Below, piece by piece: positions 33,931 through 45,155 of a stretch of DNA of 64,000 nt. The DNA lies in NCBI GenBank assembly GCA_010356995.1, contig ML996695.1, forward strand, positions 505,061 through 569,060, given 5' to 3'. The notes under the pieces were generated by a model. It had not been told where the DNA came from. It did no database searches and saw only the letters and a list, made by a program, of their open reading frames with translations. The stretch's first letter is position 1, and every line of letters begins with the position of its first letter. The position numbers and the translations under genes were made by a program. This DNA is from Trichodelitschia bisporula. Lineage: Eukaryota.

Positions 33931-36900
33931 ATGACTTCTACCATCGCTCTCACTCCTCATCCCAAACAACACCCTCCATCGCCATACACGCCGCTGCACT
34001 CACCCAATCTTTCGTCGACCATGTCCACGGTCATCGATCTCCTGGACTCTTCTCCCCCCGGCGCCGCTGATGCCGATGCCTATTCCCAGCGCATCAATGT
34101 CGCTGGCCATTGCAAGACGTGCAAAATACGCGTCGCCTCGTTCTACAACTCGTGGAAGCGCATCACCGGCTCGTACTATCTGCCAGCGTGTGAAGAGTAT
34201 GCGCTTGACACATCAGGCCTTCGCGTCAAAGGCAAGCCAAAGGCGGCCACTGCTGACAGTGCAATGAGCGGATGGTGAGTGGAGTTGTCAATCTTTTTAT
34301 TCCTGGAGCATTTTGATCCCCCCCCCCCTCCCCCTGTTCACTGCACATCTCTCCCACCACCTTCAACTTCATGTCTACTTTGAAGCATCTGAATCTCTGT
34401 TTTCTCTTCATCTTCTTCCAATCTGATCTCACAGCTTGTCACTTTTTTCACCACCCTCCTGCCCTCCCCCCCGGATGACTGATCTCCCGCCCGCCTGTCC
34501 CGTTCCTTATGCCCCGCTATGCTTCTCTCAAATGATTTGCCTGTCATCCTATCACCCTATCACATTAGCGCCCCCGGTCAAGCCAGCCCATTGAAGAAGC
34601 CAGCAAAAGAGATTAGCCGCGAGCCAATGCAAGGCCCATGCCACCTATATGCAGCCCGCTATACGTAACTTTTGTTCTTTACTTCGCCCTATTGACATTT
34701 TACTTCTCATCTTGTCTCTTCTGTCTCTCTCACTCTCTCTTTCCCTTTTCATGCTCCTCCATCTGCCCTCTTCATTTTCACACCCCATCACACTCAGAAC
34801 CGTTCGCACTAATTACCGGCTCACAGTCTCATCCAACCTCTCGCATGCACGAAGTGCAATGAGAACCTGGGCATCCTCTGCACACGCGCGTCCGAGGCCC
34901 ATCCAGACTATCTGTAAGTCAACCACACGCGTTCCCCTCGCCCCCCCACACCCCCTCCCCCCCCCCACCAACCCCTCTAACATCTTTTCCCCGCAGCAAC
35001 AAGCGCTTTTTCAAACTTCCCCGCATTCAATTGAAGCCTGCCGACAACCCAGCCGGAGAGCCTGAAGTCCTGCCCGTCGTTGAGAGTGCGCCCGCGTCCA
35101 TGGACCGCGAGCGCGAGTTGCTCCGGAGGGACGGGAGGGATGGCGCCGACGCGCCGCGCGGGGCCGACGAGGGCCGTCGCGAGGAGGGAGCACCCCAGGA
35201 CGTGATCAAGCTGAGGCCGGCCGTCCACCTGAACCTCCGCGACACGCTCGTGGCCGAGTCAACCAGTGACAGAGAGCCGCCGACACGTACGTACCGCCGC
35301 GAATCAAGCCATCGCGAGTCCACCGGTCACAGAGAGCCACTCCACCCGAACCACCGCGACGCGCATCCCTCCAAAGACCGTACGGTCCCGCTCAACGGCA
35401 ATTCCGCCACGAACGGCTATGCACAGCAGCACACATACCCGTCAACCGCAGAAGTCAAGTTGGATGCGATCGACCGTATCCAGACCCAGGTCAACCTCAA
35501 TCGCGCCACACTCGAGGCCTGCACGCGCGACATTGGCCGGCAAGACCGCACCATCCAGCAGTTGCAGCAGACGTTCATGCAGTACGTCGAGGACCTGCAC
35601 CGCCAGATGCGCGACCTGCGCGACGTCGTCACCCAGCGCGCCCAGATTGCCCCCGCGCCGCCGGCCGCGTCGTCCAGCGTCGACGATCAGACTCTCGAGG
35701 TTTTCACTTCCACTCTGACCAACATGTCGGCGCGCGTCAACGAAATCGACGTGTTGAAGATGGGCATGGAGGTGATCAAGCGGCGTATCAAGCGCGTCGA
35801 GGACTCGCTTCCGACCGCCCTGGCCCAGACACCGACCCCGCAACTCCCTCCTCCCCCGCCCCAGCAACCTGACCGCTTAACTCCTGCGCCGCAACCCCGC
35901 CTCGCCCGCGCGCACTACACGCCCTACCCACCCTCTCCACCCCCACCACCCGCTTCCGCTCCCGCCGCCGCCGCCGCCGCCGCCGCAGCTGCAGCAGGTT
36001 GGGCAACCGTCAACCCGGCCAAGCGCGGCCCACCCCTCGACACACGCGGCTCGGACGCCACAACACCCCTCGGCTCCCCGAAGCGCGCAAAGCTCGCCCC
36101 TGTCGAACCACGGCACTCCTACGAAGCCACCGAGCGCATGGAAATCGACGCGCCTCGCGCTAGCGCCGGCCCTGGCACCAACCCCAATACTCCCGCCGAA
36201 GAGCCCTACTCCGCCGCTTCAGCTACTGGTGGGTCGTACGTGCGCTACCCGACCACACCCGCCCTTGCCGAGGACTGGCCGTCTAGTGCCCCGCCCTTCC
36301 GCACGGTCTCGACGCCGCTGCCGCATCCGGGCGAGGTGCCTAGCTCGCGGAGTCCGCCGGGCCGCGGGCGGGGCAGTGGCAGTGGCCGTGGCCGTGGTCG
36401 GCCGCCCATACGGAAGGGGATTGATGAGTGGGAGCGTGAGCGCGAGTGGGCGGCTCAGCAATCTGATGGGGGCTTTGGGCGCGGGAACCTGGTTCGGCGC
36501 GGGTCGAGCTCGATGGGTATGGGTATGGCTCGGGGTGAGGGCGGGAGTCCGCCGAGTGGCGCGGAGGGTTCCATGGCTGGCGATCCGTACGCGCATACTA
36601 AGAAGACGCGCACGAAGCCGACGCGGAATGCGGAGGGGATTCTGATCAGGAAGGATGGGAGACCGGATATGAGGAGTCAGAGCAGTGCGGCGAATTTGAG
36701 GAAGGTGCATGCGCGGAAGGAGGAGGAGAGGCGGGCGGGGGGCACGCCGGGGAGTTCTGGGGTTAGTGGCGGGATGGAGGAGGGGAGTCCGGGTGCGGAG
36801 GGTGGAGAGGGGCGTAGGGAGAGGGATGGGCGGAGTCTGGAGGAGAGGACGCAGCGGATTATGCGAACTATGTTTCCGCATGGGGTTGATGTGGAGGGGA

Positions 36901-36971
36901 GTAGGGCGGAGGTGGAGAAGTATTTTGCGGAGGAGGCGGAGAGGTCGAGAGGTCGAGAGGGCGAGGAGTGA
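33931..36971 (+). CDS. Conserved fungal protein: N-terminal Yippee/Mis18-like Zn module, coiled coil, AT-hook-like GRGRGRP motif; 3 exons
   Basis: Exon 1 carries CKTC. Intron 34275-34826 joins to LIQPLACTKCNENLGILC, and intron 34914-34997 joins to NKRFFKLPRIQLK and the 646-aa ORF containing GILIRKDGRPDMRSQSSAANLRKVHA. The start may be 33931 or 34021. Confidence 0.75.
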
Positions 36972-38096
36972 TTGGGGGCAGTGGGAAAGGGTGTGCATGA
37001 TACCATTTGAGCTTTCGGCGCGAGGGGGGAGAGGGCGTTTACAGACGGTGTTGTCCGCGATGGGCATGCATTTCACATACGTTGCACATATATCGTCATT
37101 ATGCGAGGGCGCATCTCGCGCGTGTACAGCGTGTACTTAGTAATGCGGTATCGACAACTGGATTACGACTTCCTCGAGGCATGCCGTGCTCAGAAACTTG
37201 GCGTATAGTATCCGCTTAGCGACGACATATACGACGCTCGAGCCCTACCTCTCCCTGCCCTCGCGCGCGCGCGCGCTCTGCAGTAACACACCAGTCCCGT
37301 CGTCCGGGGACCGTGGATCCAGCAGGCCGGAACGGGCGCTTCCGCGGGTGTGCGTTGCGGGCGCGCGGAGCACCCGATTGCGATTTGGGAATCTGTGACA
37401 CGGGCTGGAGGTGGCTGGCATACCGTGCTCGGAATTCCCAAGTAAAAACGCATTGCGTTTGAAGCGCACGGTTGACAAGGGATTTTTGCGAGTCTACCTA
37501 CACTTTGCCTATTCCTCGTTCTCACATCTCTGTTGCGCGAATAGGACTACATTGGTTTCGTGTCGCGGGTTTAGAGTAGGGTTTGTAGGTGAATGTAGGG
37601 CGGTTGTAAATGAAGATGTTGATAGGGCAGACGTCGGGTGTGAGCCGAGGGCAGTTGCGGTCACGGTTGCTTAAGATTGATCAATATATGAGGTGGGGTT
37701 TTGTGGCAAGCGGATCGGGCCGGTGGGGGTGAGAAGCCGGGTATGTGGGGCTGTCATAAATTTATATTGCTGTTGAGGCACCTCCGAGGGTCTGATATAT
37801 ACCTTCTCGGAGCGCGATCCGAGAATCAGACACTTCTGCTCGGACTACTGCCAACTCCGACGTCGCAAGGAGCCGGAGACGACGGGGTTGACCAGACCCA
37901 AGCAGGCGATATAATGGCGATATACATCGTGTAGCACATCACACCACATATATGAAAGTTGAAGACTTAGATACCCCCTGTCTACCCCGTCCCTAGACTC
38001 CGAGCCTAGAAAATGGTATCATATCCGCCGCACCCCGTCTCCGAACCGTGACCATGCCCGAGAAACGCCGTCCCAGTACCCCCTCCACATATCCTC

Positions 38097-40265
38097 CTAC
38101 TTAACCCCCACAAACGCCACCCCCAGCCTCGCCCCCCGACACGCCGCCTTAAGCGCCTGCTCCTCCGCATCCGTCCACTTAACACTAACCTCATCCCACT
38201 TCATAACGCGATACTCCTCGCGAAACTGCCTCTGCTGGTCCAACAACCCGGTCAAAGCGCGTGGATCCCCTGTGCCGGAGTACACAACCAGCGTCGCCGT
38301 CGGCGGGAGCGCATCCCACACACTCTTCACGCCCCTCGTCATCGCCTCCACCGCGCGGGCAAGCACATCGACAGCCGGCTCGCTCTCGTCCCCGAACCCC
38401 TCATCCGCGACCCCAATCAAGGGATGGAAGAACCGCGCCCGCGCCTCGCGGCGCAGCACATCACCCTCGTTCTCTCCCGGCCCCTTGCTCTTGCACCACC
38501 ACCCGCGCACAGCCTCTAACTCCCGCAACCTAGCCCAGACGAAGTCCACCTTCCCATGCTCCCCGCCCACAACCTTAACAACCCCGTCCACAACCTCCTG
38601 ATCAGAGTTGCAGCCGGTGACTACGTGCGCCGCATGCCCGTGCCCGCGCTTGGGATCGCCCCAGTCTACGACAGCGCCACGGCGCCCACCCGCAAATCCC
38701 GCGTCGCGCTGGTGGCCGGGGACATGTGCGCGGCCGAGGCGGCGGAAGATCGGTTCGCCGGCGGATTCGGACGTGCCCCAGCCAGGTCCGCGCTCGCACT
38801 TGAGACGGACTAAGTCCAGAACCGCGCGCGCGTCTTCGATGGAGTCGTGGCCCATCGGTCCTTTGTCCTGGATGCGGCGGGAGAGGTGCTTCTCGACGAG
38901 CCATTTGAGGGAGGATTTCAGCGGCGGTCCGCGCGGGTGGGGGTACAGCAGCGCCGTGTCGACGAGGAAGGGGTGCGTCAGCTTCAGGGCTTTGAGGTCG
39001 CCGTGCAGGGAGTGGCCGAGGAGGATAGTGCGCGGTGTTAGCAGCTTCACCAAGCGTTGTTGAATATCCTGCAGCGTGGTAGTCACGTTGGCGAGCTTCT
39101 CGGCCGTGATGCCGCTGAACTGCGTCAAATAGTCGGTGATCGGGTTCGCGGGCTTGACGTATTCGTCCATGACGACGTCACCGCCCCAGTTGACGATGCT
39201 GATGCGCGTGAGTTCGAATTTGTCGGGCGCGGTTTTGCACATCTCGCAGTCGAGGGCGAGGACGGTGCGCCCGGCGGTCATGGAGCCGGACTCGATTTCG
39301 CTGTCGGGGACGCTGCCGTCTTCGAGGCGGTCGACTTTGGTGTTGACCCAGCCGTGGATTGGCGCTGTTTCGTCGGCGACGCGGCGCGCAAGCCCGATAG
39401 ATTTGAGGTGTGGGGTGGGGTAGAGCGCTGGGTGGATGGCGTAGCCTTCGTCTTGGAGATCCTCGAAGGAGGCAATGTATTCCGTGATCGGCGTGCGCTT
39501 GTTCGTCCAGTGACTTGTCTTGGCCGGTTGAACCCCCTTGGCGCTTTTCTCTTCCTTCGATTTAGGAAGCGGCGACACGAGCATGCCTTGGAGGGGAGAG
39601 TGGAGGCGTGATTGCTTGTCGTCGCCAGGCGCCTTGACCGGGAACATGTGAGTAAACATCTCCTCAAATGGCTTGAGTTCTTGCGGTAGATCGAGCGTCG
39701 ACAGCTTTACGGGATAGTAATCGTCCGGCGAGAGCGGCTTCGAGGGATCAGAGGTGGTTGTTGTGACTAAGGCGACAGCGGCAGTCGTATCTTTGCTCTC
39801 TACCTCCTGGGATGGCCGACGCGACGGGAACGAAAGTGGAATCTCGCCCGTGAACATACCCGCCTCAAGGCCGGGCACCATCATGACGACGACCTGTTTG
39901 ATGGAGGTATGGTGACGCACTGCCACCCACTGTGGCGCAGGTGCGTCGGCGAGGATGTACAGCGCCAGTTGCTGGAGGTCGCTGAGTTTGACGTAGGACT
40001 GAAGGCGCGAGTTGGCGGAGAAGGCGATCTCGGGGTAGTTAGACGTGCCCTTTGCCGGGTTCTTCTTGCGCTTCTTCTTGCCCATGGACACCTGCCAAGG
40101 GTATTCGTGAGGCGCAGTCTCCGCGGAGGTGCTTGAGGTGGCTGAAGCGAGCGACATGTTATCGGTGGAGCGAAGCATTTTGAGAGTGTCGCCGACGGAG
40201 GTTGTCGAAGTTGCCGGGTTCGCGGCCTCCTCGCTCGCTTCGTCGTGGCGGCGTTTGCGCGCCAT
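38097..40265 (-). CDS. REX1: RNA exonuclease 1 (Rex1/REXO1-like, DEDDh)
   Basis: Start MARKRRHDE; motifs LALDCEMC..ELTRISIV, DYLTQFSGIT, LLGHSLHGDLKALKL.H..VDTA and HDSIEDARA. Confidence 0.9.
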   Translation of the reverse strand: MARKRRHDEASEEAANPATSTTSVGDTLKMLRSTDNMSLASATSSTSAETAPHEYPWQVSMGKKKRKKNPAKGTSNYPEIAFSANSRLQSYVKLSDLQQLALYILADAPAPQWVAVRHHTSIKQVVVMMVPGLEAGMFTGEIPLSFPSRRPSQEVESKDTTAAVALVTTTTSDPSKPLSPDDYYPVKLSTLDLPQELKPFEEMFTHMFPVKAPGDDKQSRLHSPLQGMLVSPLPKSKEEKSAKGVQPAKTSHWTNKRTPITEYIASFEDLQDEGYAIHPALYPTPHLKSIGLARRVADETAPIHGWVNTKVDRLEDGSVPDSEIESGSMTAGRTVLALDCEMCKTAPDKFELTRISIVNWGGDVVMDEYVKPANPITDYLTQFSGITAEKLANVTTTLQDIQQRLVKLLTPRTILLGHSLHGDLKALKLTHPFLVDTALLYPHPRGPPLKSSLKWLVEKHLSRRIQDKGPMGHDSIEDARAVLDLVRLKCERGPGWGTSESAGEPIFRRLGRAHVPGHQRDAGFAGGRRGAVVDWGDPKRGHGHAAHVVTGCNSDQEVVDGVVKVVGGEHGKVDFVWARLRELEAVRGWWCKSKGPGENEGDVLRREARARFFHPLIGVADEGFGDESEPAVDVLARAVEAMTRGVKSVWDALPPTATLVVYSGTGDPRALTGLLDQQRQFREEYRVMKWDEVSVKWTDAEEQALKAACRGARLGVAFVGVK

Positions 40266-40818
40266 GGAGGTGAATGAACAGCGAGATCGCGTGAGCACGT
40301 GACTACGAGACACCGACGCGATTTCAATATGTTGGCGTACCGAGAGAGACTGAGGAAGCAGAATTGCAGGAAGAGAAAGAATGAAGCCGTACAAAAGTCA
40401 GCGAGCAGGCATGCGAGAATGATAGAAGCACGGGCCCCTTACGCTAACGTTGAATGCTGAGGGAAGCGGCTATATAATTTGCCGACGAGTTACGTAGTTC
40501 CGGTAAGCTCGGAATATAGATGGGCCGAGAGAAGCTTAAATCGGAGGCTCGTGAGGCTCTATATCACGTGGTCAATTCGTGAGAAAGTGCAGACGTTGAG
40601 AGTGCAGCTGAACATGTGGAAAACATCAACACCAGCAACTTAAATATCGCCGCCGCTTGCGTCTTCACCCACCTCTTTCCGCCGCCGCTTGGCATCAACT
40701 GTCTGTCTTAGCCCTTCCACGCTCCTTTGTCCACCTCAATCTCATCCGCGGCTATGTCTCAACCGCATTCATAACCCCCCACCACCGTCACTTCAAACCC
40801 ATACCAATCGCGCCCAAA

Positions 40819-42177
40819 ATGCGCCTCTTCCCCCCCCAATGGGCCGACACACACCCCCTCTTCCCCTCCCCACCAGAACCGCTCTCCTACCGCCCATCCT
40901 ACCCCTCCGCCATAACCGCCGGCCTCATCCTCGGCACAACCCTCCACGGCCTGCGCCGCTTCTTCGCGCGCACGCCCCTCCCTGCAGGTCACTTCACGCG
41001 CACCCTCGCCCTCAGCAGTACCTTCCTTCTCGCCCTCGACGTAGCAGCCGAATCCCGCATCGATGCCGCCGCCCTTCCGTACGTATCTCAGATCCTCGCG
41101 CAAGATGACGTGCCCCTCCCTCCGCGCCGCTGGGTGGCGCGCTCCACCCAGTGGTCCCTCGACGACCTCAACCTCGCGGGCTGCGTCGCGGGCACGGCGC
41201 TCGCGTTGCTGGCGCCGCGCTTCCGCCGGCCCCCGGTATTGCCTACTTCCTTCCCCCGCGCCCCGGTTCGCGGTCTGAGCTTCGCCCGCCCCGTGACCGG
41301 TGCTGCGCTCGGTGTGCTCGCGGGACATGTAGCCGGCGCGCTGGCGCTGGGCCGCACGGCAGGCGCGGCGGAGGAGCGACACAAGGCCAACATCGGCGCA
41401 GCGGCAGACGCCTGGTATGCGCGGACAGGGACAGAACCACCGGAAGCCATATACGGGCCCGAAGAGGATGTCGAGTACCAAGAAAGGTTGGAACAGGAGA
41501 TGGAAATGCTAGACCTGGCTGGCGCGCCCGGCCGGGGGCCGTTCTCCATAGTCCCACACGTGGTGCGAGATTTCCACTGGCACCCGCGGAGTGTAGAGCA
41601 GGGCTTTGAAGAGCTGGGTGAGACGCTGGAGTGGCTGGGTCAGGAAAGAGCGAGACTGGCGAGGGAAGCGGAGTTTTGTTACTGGCTTATACTGGATACG
41701 GAGGCGGGGTGGCCGGTTGTAAGGCCGGAGGGGATGGAGGAAAGTGCGGAGATGAGGTTGAGGAGGAAGAAGCTGGAATTGCTGAGCAGTATGCAGCGGC
41801 ATCTGTGGGCGACGATTAGTCTGGTTGATTGGATGATTATGGATGCGAGGAAACTGGCCCTCCAACTGCCGGCGGAGGCGAAGGGGGAGAGTTGGTTCCC
41901 CGCCGGACGGCCCGCGCGGGATCCCGTGTATGCGCCGCGGGATATGCTGGTGCAGGCGAGGGAGCATGCGGAGAATTTACGCGATCAGCTTGGGGAGCTT
42001 GAGGCGAGGGCTAGGGTTGCACCTGGGTTGAGGGAAAGTAGGGGGTGGAAGGAGGAGTGGACTGGTATTCGTGAGAATTTGAAGGCGAGTGAGGAGGTTA
42101 TTCGTGAAATGGCGAAGGGGGAGGGGGAGGGAGGCGAGGCGGAGGAAGAGGGGGGGAGGGAGAATGGGAGTGCATAG
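40819..42177 (+). CDS. Hypothetical protein with N-terminal hydrophobic segments and C-terminal coiled coil
   Basis: Long uninterrupted ORF from ATG 40819 with the same C-rich to G-rich polarity as neighbouring genes. No recognised motif. Confidence 0.65.
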   Translation: MRLFPPQWADTHPLFPSPPEPLSYRPSYPSAITAGLILGTTLHGLRRFFARTPLPAGHFTRTLALSSTFLLALDVAAESRIDAAALPYVSQILAQDDVPLPPRRWVARSTQWSLDDLNLAGCVAGTALALLAPRFRRPPVLPTSFPRAPVRGLSFARPVTGAALGVLAGHVAGALALGRTAGAAEERHKANIGAAADAWYARTGTEPPEAIYGPEEDVEYQERLEQEMEMLDLAGAPGRGPFSIVPHVVRDFHWHPRSVEQGFEELGETLEWLGQERARLAREAEFCYWLILDTEAGWPVVRPEGMEESAEMRLRRKKLELLSSMQRHLWATISLVDWMIMDARKLALQLPAEAKGESWFPAGRPARDPVYAPRDMLVQAREHAENLRDQLGELEARARVAPGLRESRGWKEEWTGIRENLKASEEVIREMAKGEGEGGEAEEEGGRENGSA

Positions 42178-42501
42178 CGTGTGGGCGGCGGCATTGGATG
42201 GTTGCTTTATTCCTGGCTGCGGCTGGACGGCGGGCGATGTGTACGACTAGATGAAGAGTTGGGATAGAGGACGTTACGACGTTTCGTTGGCTATGAAGGA
42301 TATCAGGATGGTATCATCTTCCACCCCTAACCGGGTCCGACGCGCGTCTCCGCATTCCGATCAGGGCCCTCTTCGCACCTCGACACTCCAGTCTAACAGT
42401 GAGAATCAAAAAGGAAGCCTCTCGGTACAACCATCCATCCTCCACCATCTCGTTCCTCAACCCCACTCCTCCGGAGCAAAAAGGTACATCCATCACACCA
42501 A

Positions 42502-42633
42502 AGCCCGGGGCGGGACTCGAACCCGCAACCTAGCAGTATTCCCGCATGCCGGAGTACTACAGTACGAAGTATTGTAATCCTGTATCCCAGGCAGGAAAAG
42601 AGCCACCAACTCTACCAATTGAGCTACCCAAGC
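42502..42633 (-). tRNA. Diverged tRNA-Lys(CTT)-like gene or pseudogene with a 59-nt structured intron
   Basis: Minus strand GCTTGGG TA GCTC AATTGGTA GAGT T GGTGG CT CTT T [59 nt] A CTGCT AGGTT GCGGG TTCGAGT CCCGC CCCGGGC T, followed by a T5 terminator. Position 37 is T and the anticodon stem has 3 G-U pairs. Confidence 0.75.
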
Positions 42634-42815
42634 TGATCTGTGTCGATGGGAGAAAATGCTGGCTTTGCATGGCCACAGCAGCCGAAGAGCCAGAACAGAC
42701 GCACGTGAACATGGCTCTTCACAATATCAACCCAGGCCGCGTCACCCATCCGCCCCCACCAACTCTCTTCTTTGACCGACCCTTCAGGAGCAAAAAAGCT
42801 ACATCCATCTCATCA

Positions 42816-42909
42816 AGCCCGAGGCGGGGCTCGAACCCGCGACCTTGAGATAATCCCGCCTCACGAGGAGGATAAGAGTCACACGCTCTACCGATTGAGC
42901 TACCCAGGC
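42816..42909 (-). tRNA. tRNA-Lys(CTT) with 21-nt intron
   Basis: GCCTGGG TA GCTC AATCGGTA GAGC G TGTGA CT CTT A [TCCTCCTCGTGAGGCGGGATT] A TCTCA AGGTC GCGGG TTCGAGC CCCGC CTCGGGC T; T6 terminator at 42792-42797. One U-U mismatch in the anticodon stem. Confidence 0.92.
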
Positions 42910-43060
42910 TGGTTGACTTGGATGGGAGTAGAAAGCGGCGGTTTCGTATGACCCCAACTAAAAAAGTTGGAATAGAGGACGTTACATGGCTGTGAACGAT
43001 ATCAAAACACCCCCATTTTGCACCCCCAACTCCAACCCCCAGCTCCGCCTCCACTCCATT

Positions 43061-44647
43061 CTACGCCCGCCTCCTCAGCCCCACAACCAACCCCAAAGGC
43101 TTCCTTAAAAACCCCTCCCGGGTCGGTAAGTCCATCTGCCTCAGCTCAAACTCAAAATTTTTAAACACCGTCGCCGCAATAAGCGCCATCTCCATCTCCG
43201 CCACATTCCGGCCCACACACGCCCTCGGCCCATATGAAAACGGGACAAACGCCTCCTTCTGCACCTCGTTAATGCCGTCCGTCCACCGCTCCGGCCTGAA
43301 ATCCTCGACATCAGTGCCCCATATTTCAGGGGAGTGGTGAATCGTATACGCCGGTACGCTGAGCACCGTCCCCGCCGGAAAGTGTTGGCCCAGAAGCGTG
43401 ATTCCTGCGCCTGTAACCTCGCGCGGCAGACCGAGGGACGAGGTGCTGTGTATGCGCATCGTCTCCTTGATCACGGCATCAAGGTACGGCAAATCCTTCA
43501 CCTGGCGATAATGCGGGACCCCCGGCTCCGGCAGCGCAGCATCCAACTCCTTAACCAGCGCCTCCTGCGCGCGCGGCGTGCGCAGCACATGGAACAGCAG
43601 CGCACAGCTCGTATTACTCGTCGTATCGCTCCCCGCAATAAGCTGCGTCAGCGCCTCCGCGGTCAATTCCGCACGTCCCATCGGCTGGTCATTCGCATCG
43701 CGGCCCTCCATCAACCTCGCCAGCAAATCCACCCGCTCCGTCTTCGGCTGCTCGAGCCGCGCATTTACGCGCGCCGTCGCAATACCGGCCAAGTTTTCAA
43801 CAGCCTTGAGGCCACGCGAAAAGAACGGGTCCGGGAGGTATTTGGCCCAGGGCTTGAGCCAGGGGAGGATGCCGAGCGTGCCGCTGACCTCGCCGCGGCG
43901 GTTGAGGACCTCAATCGCAGGCGCGTAGTGTGTTTTCCCCTCCTTCACAACCTCCGCCACGTCCTGCCCCAGCTCGAGCATGCCGAAGGGCGCGCCGAAG
44001 GCCAGATCCCCGATAATATCGAATGCGAGGTAATTGAACCAATTCAATGCATCGATTTCCGCGTAGGCGCGCGGGGTTGGCCATTCTTCTTTAGTGGTTT
44101 TCGCAGAAGCGGCAGCGGCGTCGGACAGCTCGCCCCAGCGCTGCGCGAAGAGGGCGAGGTTGTGGTGCATGTACTCTTCGAATTGGCCGACGGATTTGGC
44201 GGAGAAGGTGTGCGAGACGGTTTTGCGCTTGCGGGAGTGTTCGGGGCGGGAACGCGTGTTGAAGAGGCCGCGCTGGATGGAGACGAAGGCGTCGTAGTAG
44301 TCACTGCGGCGAGGTCAGTCTTGTGGGAGAGGAGGGGTGGAGGGGGGATACCTCTTTAGGAACCCGTTGCCGTGCCCGTATATTGCACTCACCGCAGCCG
44401 CGTCTGCAACGCTGATATGGTGAGGCTGGATTCGCACAAGCGGTCCATACTTCTGATGTGCAGCGTGGACAGCTGCATACCGCCTCCCACGCCGGCACTG
44501 GATGAACAACCAAAGACTAGTAAACTGCGCAGGAAATGGAGCGGGGATCTTGCGCAGCGCGCCATTGCTTAGATACGGAACAAAAAAGTACGCAACCAGG
44601 AGCGCAGGGAGAAGATACGGCAGCGCGGGGAGCAGAGTCGTCAGCAT
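43061..44647 (-). CDS. CYP53A: Cytochrome P450, CYP53 family (benzoate 4-monooxygenase), 2 exons
   Basis: Intron 44304-44351. YGHGNGFLKSDYYDAFVSIQRGLFNTR..HSRKRKTVSHTFS, LIAGSDTTSNTSCA, ETMRIHSTSSLGLPRE and heme motif FSYGPRACVGRNVAEME. Confidence 0.93.
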
Positions 44648-45097
44648 CGTGTACAAGACGGCGGGACGCCGTGAGGGATGTAGTTGGTGATGCTATGAAG
44701 TGAAGTCGCAAGGCGCATGCAGTGACGTCGGCCGCAAGAAGGCGCCGCGTTGCGCGCCTTATATTCCCCGCACCTACCCCCGCTTCACGCCCCGATCCCA
44801 TTTCCCGTGCATCGCACCCCGCGTTCGTGCGAAGGTCAGCGACACGCGATCAGCGAATGACGCTGGGCTTCCAAATGTGGGGTTGGTGAGCGTAAGGCGG
44901 CGTCAGGCTGCGGCGCTGATTGACGGCTCTTGGGTCGCGGGGTTAGCTTCGGGGTTGGTTCGGGGGAAATTGTCCCGTTATTGGCTTCCGGGCTGGATTG
45001 CGGGGGGTGGGGGATGCTGGGGAAGTACGTGGGGAATGGAGATTTGAGATTTGGAGGCGGATGGGTGGAGGCGCGGGTAACGTGTTCCCTTCGTGGA

Positions 45098-45155
45098 CGG
45101 GAGTGGTATTCGGGAGTGGTATTCGGGAGTGGTATTCGGGAGTGGTATTCGGGAG
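45098..45155. repeat. 13-bp minisatellite (CGGGAGTGGTATT)x4.5 upstream of CYP53
   Basis: Read directly from the sequence: four perfect units plus CGGGAG. Confidence 0.97.

Noticed and set aside
37262..37276. (CG)7 run, potential Z-DNA
   Set aside because: A short microsatellite between convergent genes with no supporting context.
43061..44647. CYP53 as part of a secondary-metabolite cluster
   Set aside because: Neighbours are tRNAs and housekeeping genes, with no PKS, NRPS or tailoring enzymes.
45098..45155. CRISPR-like array
   Set aside because: Units are contiguous with no spacers, the context is eukaryotic and there are no cas genes.
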